The translations under genes were made by a program, and so were the position numbers. From Synergistales bacterium (GTDB lineage Bacteria > Synergistota > Synergistia > Synergistales > JAFGMB01), in contig OY762654.1 of assembly GCA_963666205.1 (NCBI GenBank), forward strand, positions 2,272,001 to 2,336,000: a stretch of DNA of 64,000 bases, in the 5' to 3' direction. Positions 1 to 10,586 of this stretch are shown piece after piece. Numbering within the stretch: the stretch's first letter is position 1; each line of letters opens with the position of its first letter. A model generated the notes under the pieces. That model made no database searches and had not been told where the DNA came from. It saw nothing but the letters and a program-made list of their open reading frames with translations.

Positions 1-14
1 GTAAACTTGATGAA

Positions 15-1088
15 ATGGGTATACCGTACAGAAAAAACGTTGGAGAACATGGCGTGGTAGCCCTTCTTGAGGGTGCCCGACCGGGGAAGGTTTTTGCATT
101 CCGTGCAGATTGTGATGGATTGCCCATCAGGGAAGAAACGGATCTTCCCTATGCTTCTAAAAACGGTTGTATGCATGCCTGCGGGCATGATGTCCATACG
201 GCAATGGCTCTGGGCATGGCGAAAATCCTTTCTTCACACAAGGAAGATCTATGTGGGGCTGTCAAGTTCATTTTTCAGCCTGGAGAAGAAGGATGCAAGG
301 AAGGCCCGGGAGGAGCCAAACGGATGCTGGATGATGGAGTCCTTGAGGATCCTTCTGTCGATGCCATACTTGCGTTACATACAGGTTCAATATGGAAAGA
401 AAGTTTCCAGCCTGGTGATATAGGTTTTCATTATGGGGGTATCATGGCCTGTATGGACAGGTTCGAGATCCTTGTAAGGGGTAGGGGGAGCCATGGTGCT
501 TACCCGCATGGTTCAGTCGATCCCATAAGTATAGCCACGCAGATAATTTCTGAACTTCAGACCATAGTCAGCAGGGAGATAAATCCTGTAGAACCTGCAG
601 TCGTCAGTATTGGAGAGATACATGCAGGGACCGCTTTCAACATAATTCCTGAAGAGTGCAGGATCTCCGGAACTGTCAGGGCCCTTAATCAGGGAACAAG
701 GGAGTTCATCGCCAGGAGGATTGAGGAGATCTCAAATTCAGTTGCAGAGGGTATGAGAGGAAAAATCCAGTTCAAGTATGGCTGGGAAGGGCCTCCGCCT
801 GTGGTGAATGATGCGGATTTCACAGAGGAATTCAGACAGGTGGCTTCCCGAGTTCTGGGGGAGGATAGAGTGAAGGAAATAAAACATCCATCCATGGGCG
901 GTGAAGATATAGCCTTTTTCCTTGAGAAAGTTCCTGGAACTTTTGCATTTCACCCCAGCTGCAATAAGGAAAAAGGACAGATATATCCGCATCACAATCC
1001 CAGGTTCATGATAGATGAGGATGTGCTCTGGGTGGGTACTGCCGTTTCTGCTGCAATGGCAGTCGAATGGCTCAAAAAACACTCATAA
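15..1088 (+). CDS. M20D family amidohydrolase (probably 5'-truncated by the window edge)
   Basis: RADCDGLPI, MHACGHD, FQPGEEG, GGEDIA and PHHNPRF motifs; the frame appears open to the window start. Confidence 0.9.
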   Translation: MGIPYRKNVGEHGVVALLEGARPGKVFAFRADCDGLPIREETDLPYASKNGCMHACGHDVHTAMALGMAKILSSHKEDLCGAVKFIFQPGEEGCKEGPGGAKRMLDDGVLEDPSVDAILALHTGSIWKESFQPGDIGFHYGGIMACMDRFEILVRGRGSHGAYPHGSVDPISIATQIISELQTIVSREINPVEPAVVSIGEIHAGTAFNIIPEECRISGTVRALNQGTREFIARRIEEISNSVAEGMRGKIQFKYGWEGPPPVVNDADFTEEFRQVASRVLGEDRVKEIKHPSMGGEDIAFFLEKVPGTFAFHPSCNKEKGQIYPHHNPRFMIDEDVLWVGTAVSAAMAVEWLKKHS

Positions 1089-1115
1089 TATCCCCTGGGA
1101 GGAGGTCCAGTGATA

Positions 1116-2291
1116 ATGAAAAACGAAGCAAAGGAAATACTGGATCAGGTAATCGAATGGAGAAGACACTTCCATAAGAATCCTGAGATCGGCCTTGAAA
1201 CTGTAAAGACTGAAGCCTATATCGTGGATGAATTGAAAAAGATGAATATAGATGATATAAGGCAGGGAATAGGGGGACATGGGGTAAGAGCGGTTATTTC
1301 TGGGGGGCTCCCCGGAAAGAATCTTGCCCTCAGGGCTGACTGTGATGCACTTCCAATAAGAGAGGAGACCGGCCTGTCTTTTGCCTCTAATAACGGTAAT
1401 ATGCATGCATGCGGACATGATGCCCACTCTGCAATGTTACTGGGAACTGCCAGGCTTTTGAGCAGTCGAAAAGATCAATTAAAGGGAAAGGTTATCCTGA
1501 TCTTTCAGCCTGCAGAAGAACAGGTTATTGGAGCAAAGGCCATGATAGATGACGGCCTTCTTGAAGGCCTTGAAATAGATGAGATAATTGGTGTCCATAC
1601 GGGATTATTGTGGAAGGAATTTCAGCCAGGTGAGCTCGGGATAAAATACGGAAGCATGATGGCTTCCCTGGACAGATTCAAAATTACCCTGAAGGGCAAA
1701 GGTGGTCATGGTGCCATACCACACATGACAGTGGATCCCATAAGTATGGCAGGGCAACTTATTGTGAAGCTGCAAACCATAGTCAGCAGGGAAAAAGATC
1801 CTTTAAAAGGTGCTGTTATGTCCATAGGCAGTATCCAGGGAGGAACTGCATTCAACATCATTCCGGGAGAATGTATTCTTGAAGGTACCGTAAGAACCCT
1901 TGATCCCGAAACAAGGATTCTTATGGAAGAGCGAATAACTGAAATTTCGAAAGCCACTGCGTCCAGTATGAGGGGTGAGGTTGATATAGAATATATCCCT
2001 GGTCCGCCTCCTCTGATCAATGATACACAGGTACTGCAAAGAGTGCAGACCGTGGCAGAGAATATTCTCGGGAAAGAGAAAGTCAGGGAAATACAGGAAC
2101 CTTCATTAGGCAGTGAAGATTTTGCGTATTTCCTCGAAAAAGTGCCAGGGGCATTTATTTTCCATTCCGGATGCAATGCTGCAAAAGGACAGACCTATCC
2201 TCATCACAACTCAAGATTTGATATTGATGAGGAAACCCTATGGGTCGGACCAGCCCTTTTTGCGGGATATGCTCTTACCTGGCAAGAATAG
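1116..2291 (+). CDS. M20D family amidohydrolase (tandem paralogue)
   Basis: WRRHFHKNPE, RADCDALPI, MHACGHD, FQPAEE and GSEDFA motifs; GGAGGAGG RBS upstream. Confidence 0.92.
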   Translation: MKNEAKEILDQVIEWRRHFHKNPEIGLETVKTEAYIVDELKKMNIDDIRQGIGGHGVRAVISGGLPGKNLALRADCDALPIREETGLSFASNNGNMHACGHDAHSAMLLGTARLLSSRKDQLKGKVILIFQPAEEQVIGAKAMIDDGLLEGLEIDEIIGVHTGLLWKEFQPGELGIKYGSMMASLDRFKITLKGKGGHGAIPHMTVDPISMAGQLIVKLQTIVSREKDPLKGAVMSIGSIQGGTAFNIIPGECILEGTVRTLDPETRILMEERITEISKATASSMRGEVDIEYIPGPPPLINDTQVLQRVQTVAENILGKEKVREIQEPSLGSEDFAYFLEKVPGAFIFHSGCNAAKGQTYPHHNSRFDIDEETLWVGPALFAGYALTWQE

Positions 2292-2323
2292 TAATCTGAG
2301 ATCCATTTAGCTTTTCCCCTTTA

Positions 2324-2351
2324 GGCCTCCGTCCCTGGACGGGGGCTTTTC
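2324..2351 (+). terminator. Intrinsic terminator after the amidohydrolases
   Basis: GCCTCCGTC-loop-GACGGGGGC stem followed by a T-run. Confidence 0.75.
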
Positions 2352-2480
2352 ATTATATCTCTAATGTACACTTATTCTAATATATAATTATCCAGATGAT
2401 ACAATGAAGTTTCACATGAATAATATTGCGGTTAACAGAAAGAGCCTTCCGATCAATATTGGCGAAAGGGGAGTGTCATT

Positions 2481-4205
2481 ATGAGGAATAGTGAAATTGC
2501 CATTATCTTTGAAAAGATCGCGACCCTTCTTGAGATAAAAGGGGAGAACAGGTTCAAGATAATTGCCTATCGAAGGGCTGCGGAGAATATATCTTCACTG
2601 GGTAAGGATCTTACAATTATTACAGAAGAAGGAACTCTAAAGGATATCCCGGGGATCGGGAAAGCCATAGGAGAAAAGATCAAAGAATTGATCGTTACAG
2701 GAAAACTCGAATTTTATGAAGAACTGATATCCGAGGTTCCAGAGTCTCTTCTTGTCTTGACAGAGATTCCGGAACTAGGTCCCAGAAGAGTCAGGATTTT
2801 ATGGGAAAAGCTTGGCATATCGGATCTGGATGCTCTTGAAGGAGCGGCCAGAAATAAAAATCTCCAGACACTTGATGGGTTTGGCCCAAAGATCGAGTCA
2901 AATATTCTGTCAGGCATTCAGAAATTCAGGAAACATCCATTTCAGGGGAGAATTTCTCTTGGCAGGGCGTGGAGTACCGCTTCAGCCATAATAGACAAAA
3001 TGAAAGATAAATCATGGCTGGTTAAGATATCACCTGCAGGTTCCATTAGAAGGATGAAGGATACCGTAGGAGATATTGATATCCTTGCGGCATCCAGAGA
3101 GGCTGAAAGGGTGATGGATCTTTTTGTTGGTATGAAAGAAGTGAATGAGGTTATCCTGAGAGGAAAAACAAAAACGAGCATAAGGACAGGATCTGGTCTT
3201 CAGGTGGACCTGAGAGTAATAGTCCCCGAATCATGGGGAACGGCGTTACAGTATTTTACAGGAAACCAGGAACATAATGTCCAGATTAGAGAACTTGCCC
3301 TGGACAGAGGTTACAGCCTCAGCGAATATTGTCTCAGGTCCATTTCTGAGGATAAGGAAATATTTTTTGAAAATGAAAGAAGTCTGTATGAATTTCTTGG
3401 GTTGTCCTATATTCCTCCTGAACTCAGACAGGGCAAAGGTGAGATAAATCTAGCCCGAAATGGAGAGCTTCCTGAACTTATAGAGCTCAATGACATCAGG
3501 GGAGATCTTCAGTTCCATACTGACTGGAGTGACGGAAAGGCTTCTCTGGAAGAAATGACCAAAGCGGCGATTCAGAGAGGTCTTGAGTATATTCTAGTCA
3601 CAGATCATTCTCATGGATTGGGAATAACTGGAGGAGTTACCTCTGATGATCTTGTGAAACAGGGCAGGGAAATAGATCTTTTGAATAAGAAATATGAGGG
3701 TAAAATGAGAGTTCTCAAGGGAGTAGAGGTAGAAGTCAAGGCCGATGGAAGTCTTGATCTGAGCGATCAGGCCCTGAGATCCCTTGATCTGGTTGTGGCA
3801 GCGGTCCATTCCTCCCTTCGGCAGGAAAGAGATAGAATAACAGAAAGATATATAAGAGCAATCGAGAATCCTTATGTACACATCCTTGCCCATCCCACTG
3901 GAAGACTTATCGGAGAGCGGGATGGCACAGATGCTGATTGGGAGAGGATCTTTAAGGCGGCGGCTTCGACAGGTACCCTTCTTGAGATCAATGCCACCCC
4001 CCAAAGGCTTGATCTTCCTGATAATCTCGTAAGAAGAGCCAGAGAACTGGGATGCAGGTTTGTTATAAGTACTGATGCTCATATTATGGAACATTTCGAT
4101 TTTCTGTTTTTTGGAGTTGGTGTTGCCAGGAGAGCGGGGCTTACTGCTGCAGACATAATTAATACATGGCCTTGGGAAAGATTGGTTAACTGGAAGAAAG
4201 GCTAG
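2481..4205 (+). CDS. polX: DNA polymerase X family / PHP-domain 3'-5' exonuclease
   Basis: HhH IPGIGK, AGSIRR-VGDIDIL, QVDLR, LQYFTG; PHP motifs HTDWSDG, TDHS, AHPTGR, STDAH. Confidence 0.95.
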   Translation: MRNSEIAIIFEKIATLLEIKGENRFKIIAYRRAAENISSLGKDLTIITEEGTLKDIPGIGKAIGEKIKELIVTGKLEFYEELISEVPESLLVLTEIPELGPRRVRILWEKLGISDLDALEGAARNKNLQTLDGFGPKIESNILSGIQKFRKHPFQGRISLGRAWSTASAIIDKMKDKSWLVKISPAGSIRRMKDTVGDIDILAASREAERVMDLFVGMKEVNEVILRGKTKTSIRTGSGLQVDLRVIVPESWGTALQYFTGNQEHNVQIRELALDRGYSLSEYCLRSISEDKEIFFENERSLYEFLGLSYIPPELRQGKGEINLARNGELPELIELNDIRGDLQFHTDWSDGKASLEEMTKAAIQRGLEYILVTDHSHGLGITGGVTSDDLVKQGREIDLLNKKYEGKMRVLKGVEVEVKADGSLDLSDQALRSLDLVVAAVHSSLRQERDRITERYIRAIENPYVHILAHPTGRLIGERDGTDADWERIFKAAASTGTLLEINATPQRLDLPDNLVRRARELGCRFVISTDAHIMEHFDFLFFGVGVARRAGLTAADIINTWPWERLVNWKKG

Positions 4206-4336
4206 TCAATCTTGGGCATACCCCTAATAGGTATTTATACTTAGCCATAATATGGTGTTTTTTACGATGTCATTTCCTCCTTTTCTTCGTAAACTATCGT
4301 TGCAAGATAAAGATATATCCCAAGGAGGAATAAGAA

Positions 4337-4930
4337 ATGAACTTTAAAAAAATTACAGTGTTTGCTCTTACAGGTGTACTTATGACTTCAGTTCCGGTTT
4401 TTGCCCACCAGGGATCTGAAACAGGCAATTCCCGAAAATATGTGTCAGAACAGCAGAGAACTGTATGTTCATCCCTGAATAAAACAGAAACATCAGGTTA
4501 CAGGAATATGAACACAAGCAGGTTGGACCATGGAAATGATGGAAAAAGGAATGGGAAAGAACTTGTAAAAGGTGCAGATCTTCACAATTACGGCAAAGCT
4601 GAAAGGCTCAGAAACAATATGAAAATCAGTGGACAGAATAGTGACGGGAATAAAGGGTCCAATGGTTTAAGGAAAACCCTTAATGATCAGATTGACTCTG
4701 GAAGAGGAAAGAACAGGATGGAGAGAAGAAATGAGAATTCGGGTCATGATATAGCAGAGAAGGGCCATGTCGGACATTACGGGCAGAAGGGTGAAAATTC
4801 CAATAAGAGAATGAACTCTGGCAACGGAGAAGGTCGGAGAATGAAGGATGGTAATAGAGAAGGCCTGAGGGATGGTTCAGGTTCAGGAACAGGCAACAAA
4901 GATGGATTTCATCGCAACAGACTGCAGTAG
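4337..4930 (+). CDS. Secreted low-complexity G/N/R/K-rich hypothetical protein
   Basis: AGGAGG RBS; signal peptide ending PVFA; hydrophilic, probably disordered mature part. Confidence 0.75.
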   Translation: MNFKKITVFALTGVLMTSVPVFAHQGSETGNSRKYVSEQQRTVCSSLNKTETSGYRNMNTSRLDHGNDGKRNGKELVKGADLHNYGKAERLRNNMKISGQNSDGNKGSNGLRKTLNDQIDSGRGKNRMERRNENSGHDIAEKGHVGHYGQKGENSNKRMNSGNGEGRRMKDGNREGLRDGSGSGTGNKDGFHRNRLQ

Positions 4931-4967
4931 ATAAGCTGAAAAAATGATGAATGTCAAGAGATAGATC

Positions 4968-5001
4968 AAGGGTTCCAGTCAGGAGATTGGAACCCTTTTT
5001 T
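4968..5001 (+). terminator. Intrinsic terminator
   Basis: AAGGGTTCCAGTC-loop-GATTGGAACCCTT stem plus T-run. Confidence 0.75.
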
Positions 5002-5085
5002 CTGATTCTGGATCGGGGTTGTTCTGCTGTTGCTTGTATGTTACTCTTCCGTGAAGATCTTTTTGATAAGGAAGGTGTCACTCTA

Positions 5086-5763
5086 ATGTCTTTAGGAGAT
5101 ATTATAGGCCCTGTTATGGTAGGACCTTCTTCAAGCCATACTGCAGGAGCAGCAAGACTTGGAAAACTGGCCAGGGCATGTTTTGATGGAACTCTGAATC
5201 GAGCGGAGATATATCTCAGGGGCAGTTTTTCGGATACAGGTAAGGGTCATGGAACTGATCGTGCGATAATTGCAGGTCTTCTCGGAATGGCCCCGGATGA
5301 TATCAGACTCAAAGATTCCTTTGAATTAGCTTTTGATAAAGGTTTTGATTTTCTTATTCTTTCAGAGACAGTAGATGGTGCTCATCCTAACTCTGTTCGA
5401 CTTGTCCTTTATGGAAACGAAGGGATCTCCATGGAAATAGTTGGTGCATCTGTTGGAGGAGGATCCGTGCTGATCCAGGAGATCGACGGGTTTAGAGTCA
5501 ATATTTCGGGTGAACTTCCTGTACTTGTCACTTTTCATGAAGATGTTCACGGTGTAGCAGCAAAGGTAACTGCTCTCCTTGCCGAGATGAAGATAAATAT
5601 CGCTGGATTGACATTGTCCCGAAAATCAAGATCCGGTCTGGCTTCCATGGTAATAGAAGTCGATGATGTCCTTCCTCCGGGGATTGTGAACAGAATTCTT
5701 GCTTCTACAAAGGCTATACAGAGGGCTTTTATATTGCCTCTTAAAGGAGATGAACTGATTTGA
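5086..5763 (+). CDS. sdaAB: L-serine dehydratase, Fe-S dependent, beta subunit
   Basis: DIIGPVMVGPSSSHTAGA, GHGTDRA, HPNS, SVGGG and a C-terminal ACT domain; start moved to ATG 5086 behind AAGGAAGGTG. Confidence 0.95.
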   Translation: MSLGDIIGPVMVGPSSSHTAGAARLGKLARACFDGTLNRAEIYLRGSFSDTGKGHGTDRAIIAGLLGMAPDDIRLKDSFELAFDKGFDFLILSETVDGAHPNSVRLVLYGNEGISMEIVGASVGGGSVLIQEIDGFRVNISGELPVLVTFHEDVHGVAAKVTALLAEMKINIAGLTLSRKSRSGLASMVIEVDDVLPPGIVNRILASTKAIQRAFILPLKGDELI

Positions 5764-6629
5764 GATCTTTCAGAGATGTACTGGATTATTGTATTAGAGA
5801 AGATCTCTCTTTTGATAAGGCAGTACTGGAAATGGATTCGTCTGAAAGCGGTCTTTTGTCAGATGATATCGGGGAACTTATGAAACAGAGACTGTCAGAT
5901 ATGAAGAGATCTGTACGGGAAGCTCTATCAAGACCATGGAAGGCAACTATCACAGAAGCGGATGCTCCCATGTTAGGAATCTACAGAAACGGAGAGAACA
6001 CTTTTTCCGGTCCCCTGGTGACCCGGGCTTCAGAGATAGCACTTGCTGTATCTACATACAATGCATGTATGGGAAGGATCGTTGCTGCTCCTACTGCCGG
6101 CAGTTGCGGTATTATACCGGGTATTATCTTTGCCTTTCAGGAAATACATCCTGTCTCTGATGATATCCTTCTCAAGGGACTTATTACCGCGGCGGGAGTC
6201 GGTCAGATCATTGCTCGAAGGGCTACTCTTGCGGGAGCTGAGGGTGGTTGCCAGGCAGAGTGCGGTGCAGCTGCTGCTATGGCTTCTTCGGCCCTTGTCT
6301 CCATGAAGAGTGAGGATAATGAAAAAATCGCTCACGGTGCAGCCATTACCTTGAAGTCCATCCTGGGACTTGTGTGTGATCCGGTTGCCGGTCTGGTTGA
6401 AGTTCCCTGTATCAAAAGAAATGGAACACTTGTTGCTCTGTCGGCAATAGGTGCAGATATGGCAATGGCAGGTATCAGATCTGTTATTCCCCCCGATGAA
6501 GTTGTTGATGCCATGGGACACGTAGGAAGAGCCCTTCCTGAAAGCCTTCGGGAGACGGCGAAAGGAGGAGTAGCTGTAACGCCAAGGGGAAGGGAAATAA
6601 CCCTTTCTCTAAACAATGCCGACCACTGA
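5760..6629 (+). CDS. sdaAA: L-serine dehydratase, Fe-S dependent, alpha subunit
   Basis: IVAAPTAGSCG, GAEGGCQAECG, LGLVCDPVAGLVEVPC, LRETAKGG. Confidence 0.95.
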   Translation: MRSFRDVLDYCIREDLSFDKAVLEMDSSESGLLSDDIGELMKQRLSDMKRSVREALSRPWKATITEADAPMLGIYRNGENTFSGPLVTRASEIALAVSTYNACMGRIVAAPTAGSCGIIPGIIFAFQEIHPVSDDILLKGLITAAGVGQIIARRATLAGAEGGCQAECGAAAAMASSALVSMKSEDNEKIAHGAAITLKSILGLVCDPVAGLVEVPCIKRNGTLVALSAIGADMAMAGIRSVIPPDEVVDAMGHVGRALPESLRETAKGGVAVTPRGREITLSLNNADH

Positions 6630-6634
6630 TCAAT

Positions 6635-6677
6635 AAACAGGGGGCAGGTATTTCGCGATCCTGTCCCCTGCTGTTTC
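6635..6677 (+). terminator. Stem-loop/terminator after sdaAA
   Basis: Imperfect inverted repeat CAGGGGGCAGG ... CCTGTCCCCTG. Confidence 0.55.
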
Positions 6678-6980
6678 TGAACCCCCTTAACATCACTGTT
6701 TGTAATATTTTCACATAATTTCAAGTCCGCCAGAAACATCCTTCCAGCATCCATTCCTAATGAAATCATTTTAGAATGCCGGGAACAAAGATGCTCCTTG
6801 ATCAGGAAATGAAATTGATGTAAACAAAGTATTGCAGAAAAGATGCAGCTGGAACCTTTTCGAGTCAAGGTTGTTTTCATTCGCCAATTTTGCTAATCAT
6901 CTCGTCAGAGTGTAAAATAGTTTTATTCATGATAAGTTTATTCGGATAGTTTAAAAAAATGAACCGGGAGTAGGCAGGAA

Positions 6981-8378
6981 ATGGAAAACATGGAATTGGT
7001 CGAGTCTCTATACAGGATATCCCTGTCAATAGGAAACAGTATGGAAATGGGAGAAATGCTTGAAGAGGCCCTGGAAGCATACTGTTCAAATCTTGGACTT
7101 GAGGAAGTTTGTGTTTTATGTCCTGATATTTCAGTAGATAATACCTTCCATCCAGTCAGCATTTTCCCACCAGGATCAGATAAATCTGCTGTCATATATG
7201 AAATTATCCGTTCCATAGATCTGTCTGTCATTGATTCTGGCCTTGAAATGTTCCAGGATGGTCTTCCTGAAAGAGGAAAGATCAGGGAGGATCTTTTTTA
7301 TGTTATCCAGGAATTGAAGGATTACGGGCTGATAATCATGACGAAATCCGGATCCGCCTTTATGCCCCCTCTGCTGAATCAGTTAGTTCCGTTGAATTCA
7401 AGACTGGCCTCTGCCTGTTTAGCCTGCCTTGGCAATGAAATTCTGCAGAGGGAGATAAAATTCAGAAAGGCTGCAGAGGAGGCCCTTCTCAGAAGTGAGA
7501 AAAGACTGGACCTTGCCCTTCAGGTCACAGATGATGGCTTGTGGGACTGGAACCTGGAAGAAGATGTTGTATATTTCAGTCCTACCTATTACACGATGTT
7601 GGGATACGAACCTTATGAATTCCTTCCAAGTTTTGAGAAGTGGAAAGAACTTGTTCATCCGGAAGATGTCGATTATGCCCTGAAAAAAGTAATGAATTGC
7701 ATGGAAAACAGAGGAGAAGGATTCGAGATGGAATTCCGCCTCGCTTCGCGGAGTGGGGAATGGATATGGATCCTTGGACGGGGAAAGGTCGTCGAAAGGG
7801 ATCGAGATGGAAATCCCAGAAGAATGGTGGGAACCCACGTAAATATTACAAGCAGAAAGGAAACGGAAGAGAAAATGGAAAGGCTGAACAGGGAGCTGTA
7901 CATATCGGCCTCTACAGACAGGATAACAGGACTTTTGAACAGACAGCGATTCGATGACATTCTGGTTCAGGAAATGGAAAGGGCTTCGAGGTATGAAAAT
8001 CCACTGTCTGTTCTCATGTTCGATCTGGATAATTTTAAACTTATCAATGATACATTCGGCCACCAGAAGGGTGATTCAATACTTCAGGATATTGCCGGTA
8101 TCATTCGGGAAAATATCCGCAGCACCGATTTTGCAGCAAGATGGGGTGGAGATGAGTTTGTTGTTCTGGCGCTTGCAGACCTGAATAATGCATTTCAATT
8201 GGGAGAAAAACTGAGAAAGGAAATATCCCAGGTGAACCTTCCTGGTCTGGGAGATATCACTATAAGCATGGGAATTACAGAATTTATCCAGACGGACACT
8301 CTCCATTCCCTTGTAAAAAGGGCTGATGATGCACTCTACAGGGCCAAACAGAACGGCAAAAACAGGGTAGAAATCTGA
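6981..8378 (+). CDS. PAS-domain diguanylate cyclase
   Basis: PAS (DGLWDWN, WKELVHPED, GTHVNIT) plus GGDEF domain with RWGGDEF and an RxxD I-site (RSTD). Confidence 0.93.
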   Translation: MENMELVESLYRISLSIGNSMEMGEMLEEALEAYCSNLGLEEVCVLCPDISVDNTFHPVSIFPPGSDKSAVIYEIIRSIDLSVIDSGLEMFQDGLPERGKIREDLFYVIQELKDYGLIIMTKSGSAFMPPLLNQLVPLNSRLASACLACLGNEILQREIKFRKAAEEALLRSEKRLDLALQVTDDGLWDWNLEEDVVYFSPTYYTMLGYEPYEFLPSFEKWKELVHPEDVDYALKKVMNCMENRGEGFEMEFRLASRSGEWIWILGRGKVVERDRDGNPRRMVGTHVNITSRKETEEKMERLNRELYISASTDRITGLLNRQRFDDILVQEMERASRYENPLSVLMFDLDNFKLINDTFGHQKGDSILQDIAGIIRENIRSTDFAARWGGDEFVVLALADLNNAFQLGEKLRKEISQVNLPGLGDITISMGITEFIQTDTLHSLVKRADDALYRAKQNGKNRVEI

Positions 8379-8416
8379 GAATATCCGTGCTGTTGCACAT
8401 GCTGTATATTTTATTA

Positions 8417-9169
8417 TCATTTAATTATGCTGTATTCTACAGTAACTACCGCTTTAATGCTTTTATCGATAGTGCTTGTGTCATACATTCCATAGTCCTG
8501 AACTTCTGTAGAGAATAGTGGTGTTATCTGAAATACTCCCTGACTTGCTGAAGCAAGTTCACCAACGCGACTCCCGCTGTTTTCAGCAAGTTGTTCTGCT
8601 CTCGCGAAAGCATCGCGGGTTGCATCACCCAGGAGTTCTATTTTCATTTCATCTATGCCTGTAAAATAATATTGTGGAGGAAATGATATAAATTCTATTC
8701 CATCCTGAATAAGGGTTGTGGATTCCCTGGATATTCTGGAAATAAGATCCACATCAGAGGATCTTATTTCTACTCTTTGTTCAAGATCGTATCTTTCTAT
8801 TATGTTGGTGAATACTCCCTGGTCATTTCTCCTGTACCGTACCATAGTATTTATTGAAGAAGTATCGATCCTGTTTTCCTCAACCCCGAATTTAGCCAGG
8901 TAGCTCCTTATTTTCTCCAGATCCGCCTGCAGTTTTATATATGCCGACTCAAGGTCAGTGCTCCTCGATACAAAACTTCCATTCCAGACAGCCATGTCAG
9001 ATCTGATTGTTTTTTCTGCATATCCCTTGACTCTTACTGTCTGATGGGACATTTTTACTCGTTCTACAGTCCTTGACATAATAAAAGTGGAAATTATGAT
9101 GGCACATGCAAGAAAGAGGCCCAGAAAAAATAATCCACCTGTCAGTTCTGAAGTATTTCTTTTTATCAT
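8417..9169 (-). CDS. SIMPL (DUF541) domain protein
   Basis: N-terminal TM helix; VRVKGYAE, ASQGVFQIT and DTSTIDK..AVVTVEY. Confidence 0.85.
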   Translation of the reverse strand: MIKRNTSELTGGLFFLGLFLACAIIISTFIMSRTVERVKMSHQTVRVKGYAEKTIRSDMAVWNGSFVSRSTDLESAYIKLQADLEKIRSYLAKFGVEENRIDTSSINTMVRYRRNDQGVFTNIIERYDLEQRVEIRSSDVDLISRISRESTTLIQDGIEFISFPPQYYFTGIDEMKIELLGDATRDAFARAEQLAENSGSRVGELASASQGVFQITPLFSTEVQDYGMYDTSTIDKSIKAVVTVEYSIIK

Positions 9170-9303
9170 TTATCAGCCACTCTCCCGGGAAAAAGAAATA
9201 TTCTTTCAAATATTCTTATATTATTTTACTCCTTGTTTCCTGAAGAGAGAAACTTTCCAGAATTTTACATTATTTGAATAGTCAGGATATCCCTGTTATC
9301 ATA

Positions 9304-9323
9304 AAGACTGATATATTAGTCTT
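9304..9323. promoter_or_regulatory. Palindromic putative GntR operator
   Basis: Near-perfect palindrome AAGACTGATATATTAGTCTT directly upstream of the GntR gene. Confidence 0.5.
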
Positions 9324-9355
9324 ATATCAAGAGTATATATAAGGGGATATGGCCA

Positions 9356-9991
9356 ATGGAACCGCATCTGGACGAAATCTACCTAGCCATAAGAAAGCGT
9401 ATAGTTGATCTGGTTTATAAACCAGGAGAGGTGTTGAGTGAAAAGTCCCTTATTGGAGAATTCAGTACGAGCAGGACCCCTGTCAGGGAAGCCCTTTTAA
9501 GACTGGAGCAGGACAGGCTTGTCAACATCATTCCCAGGGTAGGAACATACGTAAGCCAGGTCGATATCCGATCAGTCAAGTATGCCTATGAAATGAAGAA
9601 AAATCTGGAGGGACTGGCTGCGGAACTTGCAGCGGAAAGAGCTACTGAGGAACAGATATCAGAGCTTCTATCCGTTGCTTCACGATTCACTTCCTATGAT
9701 AACGTTCGGGATTACAGCAAATGTATTGATGATGACCGCTGTTTCCATTCTCTTACACGAAGGGCTTCAGGTAACCCCCTTCTAATACGCACTCTGGATG
9801 ATCTGAGCGTAATAACAGTCAGGTTTTTAAAACATATACAATATGTGGAAAAAGAATTCGACTGGTACAAGGGATCAATTAACGGAATAGCCCAGGCTAT
9901 CCGAGCTCGGGAAACCGAAAAGGCCCGGTCTGAAGCAGAGTTTCACACTGAGGCATTCCTGTCCAAACTTGCCAGTTATTTTTTTGGTTAA
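9356..9991 (+). CDS. GntR family (FCD) transcriptional regulator
   Basis: wHTH motif SRTPVREAL..LEQD.LV...PRVG plus FCD domain. Confidence 0.92.
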   Translation: MEPHLDEIYLAIRKRIVDLVYKPGEVLSEKSLIGEFSTSRTPVREALLRLEQDRLVNIIPRVGTYVSQVDIRSVKYAYEMKKNLEGLAAELAAERATEEQISELLSVASRFTSYDNVRDYSKCIDDDRCFHSLTRRASGNPLLIRTLDDLSVITVRFLKHIQYVEKEFDWYKGSINGIAQAIRARETEKARSEAEFHTEAFLSKLASYFFG

Positions 9992-10031
9992 GGGAGTATG
10001 AGATTCGTATTCAACGCTCAAAGGAGGTTAT

Positions 10032-10586
10032 TTGATGTATGAAGTGAGATGGCATGGAAGAGGCGGTCAGGGAGGTTTTACTGCTGCCCGCCTTCTGGGA
10101 ATGGCTGCATCGGTTCATGAAGGGAAATATTCACTGGCTTTTCCGTCCTTCGGGCCGGAGAGAAGGGGAGCTCCAGTCCTTGGTTTTACAAGAATAAGCG
10201 ATAAGAAGATCACGGACAGAAGCCAGGTGGATGAATGTGACTATGTTGTTTTCCTTGACGAGACCCTGGTAGGAGAGACGACCCTCCTTGGATTGAAGGA
10301 TGAGGCATTTATCCTTATCAATACGGCTGATCCTGAAAAATACAGCACCATGACGGATAAGCGGATAGTGGCGCTGGATGCCACAAGCCTTTCCCTTGAA
10401 GTGCTGGGGAGGCCTATAACCAACACCGCCATGCTGGGAGCCCTTGTTGCCCTTTCGGGGGTGGTGTCCCTGGAAGCTCTCAAGAAGGCCATTCAGGACG
10501 GGATGAAACCATCCCTTGTTGAAAAGAACTGTGCCATAGTTGAAAAAGCTTTCAACATGGTTAAGGGAGCTGTGAACAATGGATAG
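10032..10586 (+). CDS. porG: 2-oxoacid:ferredoxin oxidoreductase gamma subunit
   Basis: EVRWHGRGGQG, FGPERRGAPV, NTAMLGA. Confidence 0.92.
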   Translation: MMYEVRWHGRGGQGGFTAARLLGMAASVHEGKYSLAFPSFGPERRGAPVLGFTRISDKKITDRSQVDECDYVVFLDETLVGETTLLGLKDEAFILINTADPEKYSTMTDKRIVALDATSLSLEVLGRPITNTAMLGALVALSGVVSLEALKKAIQDGMKPSLVEKNCAIVEKAFNMVKGAVNNG

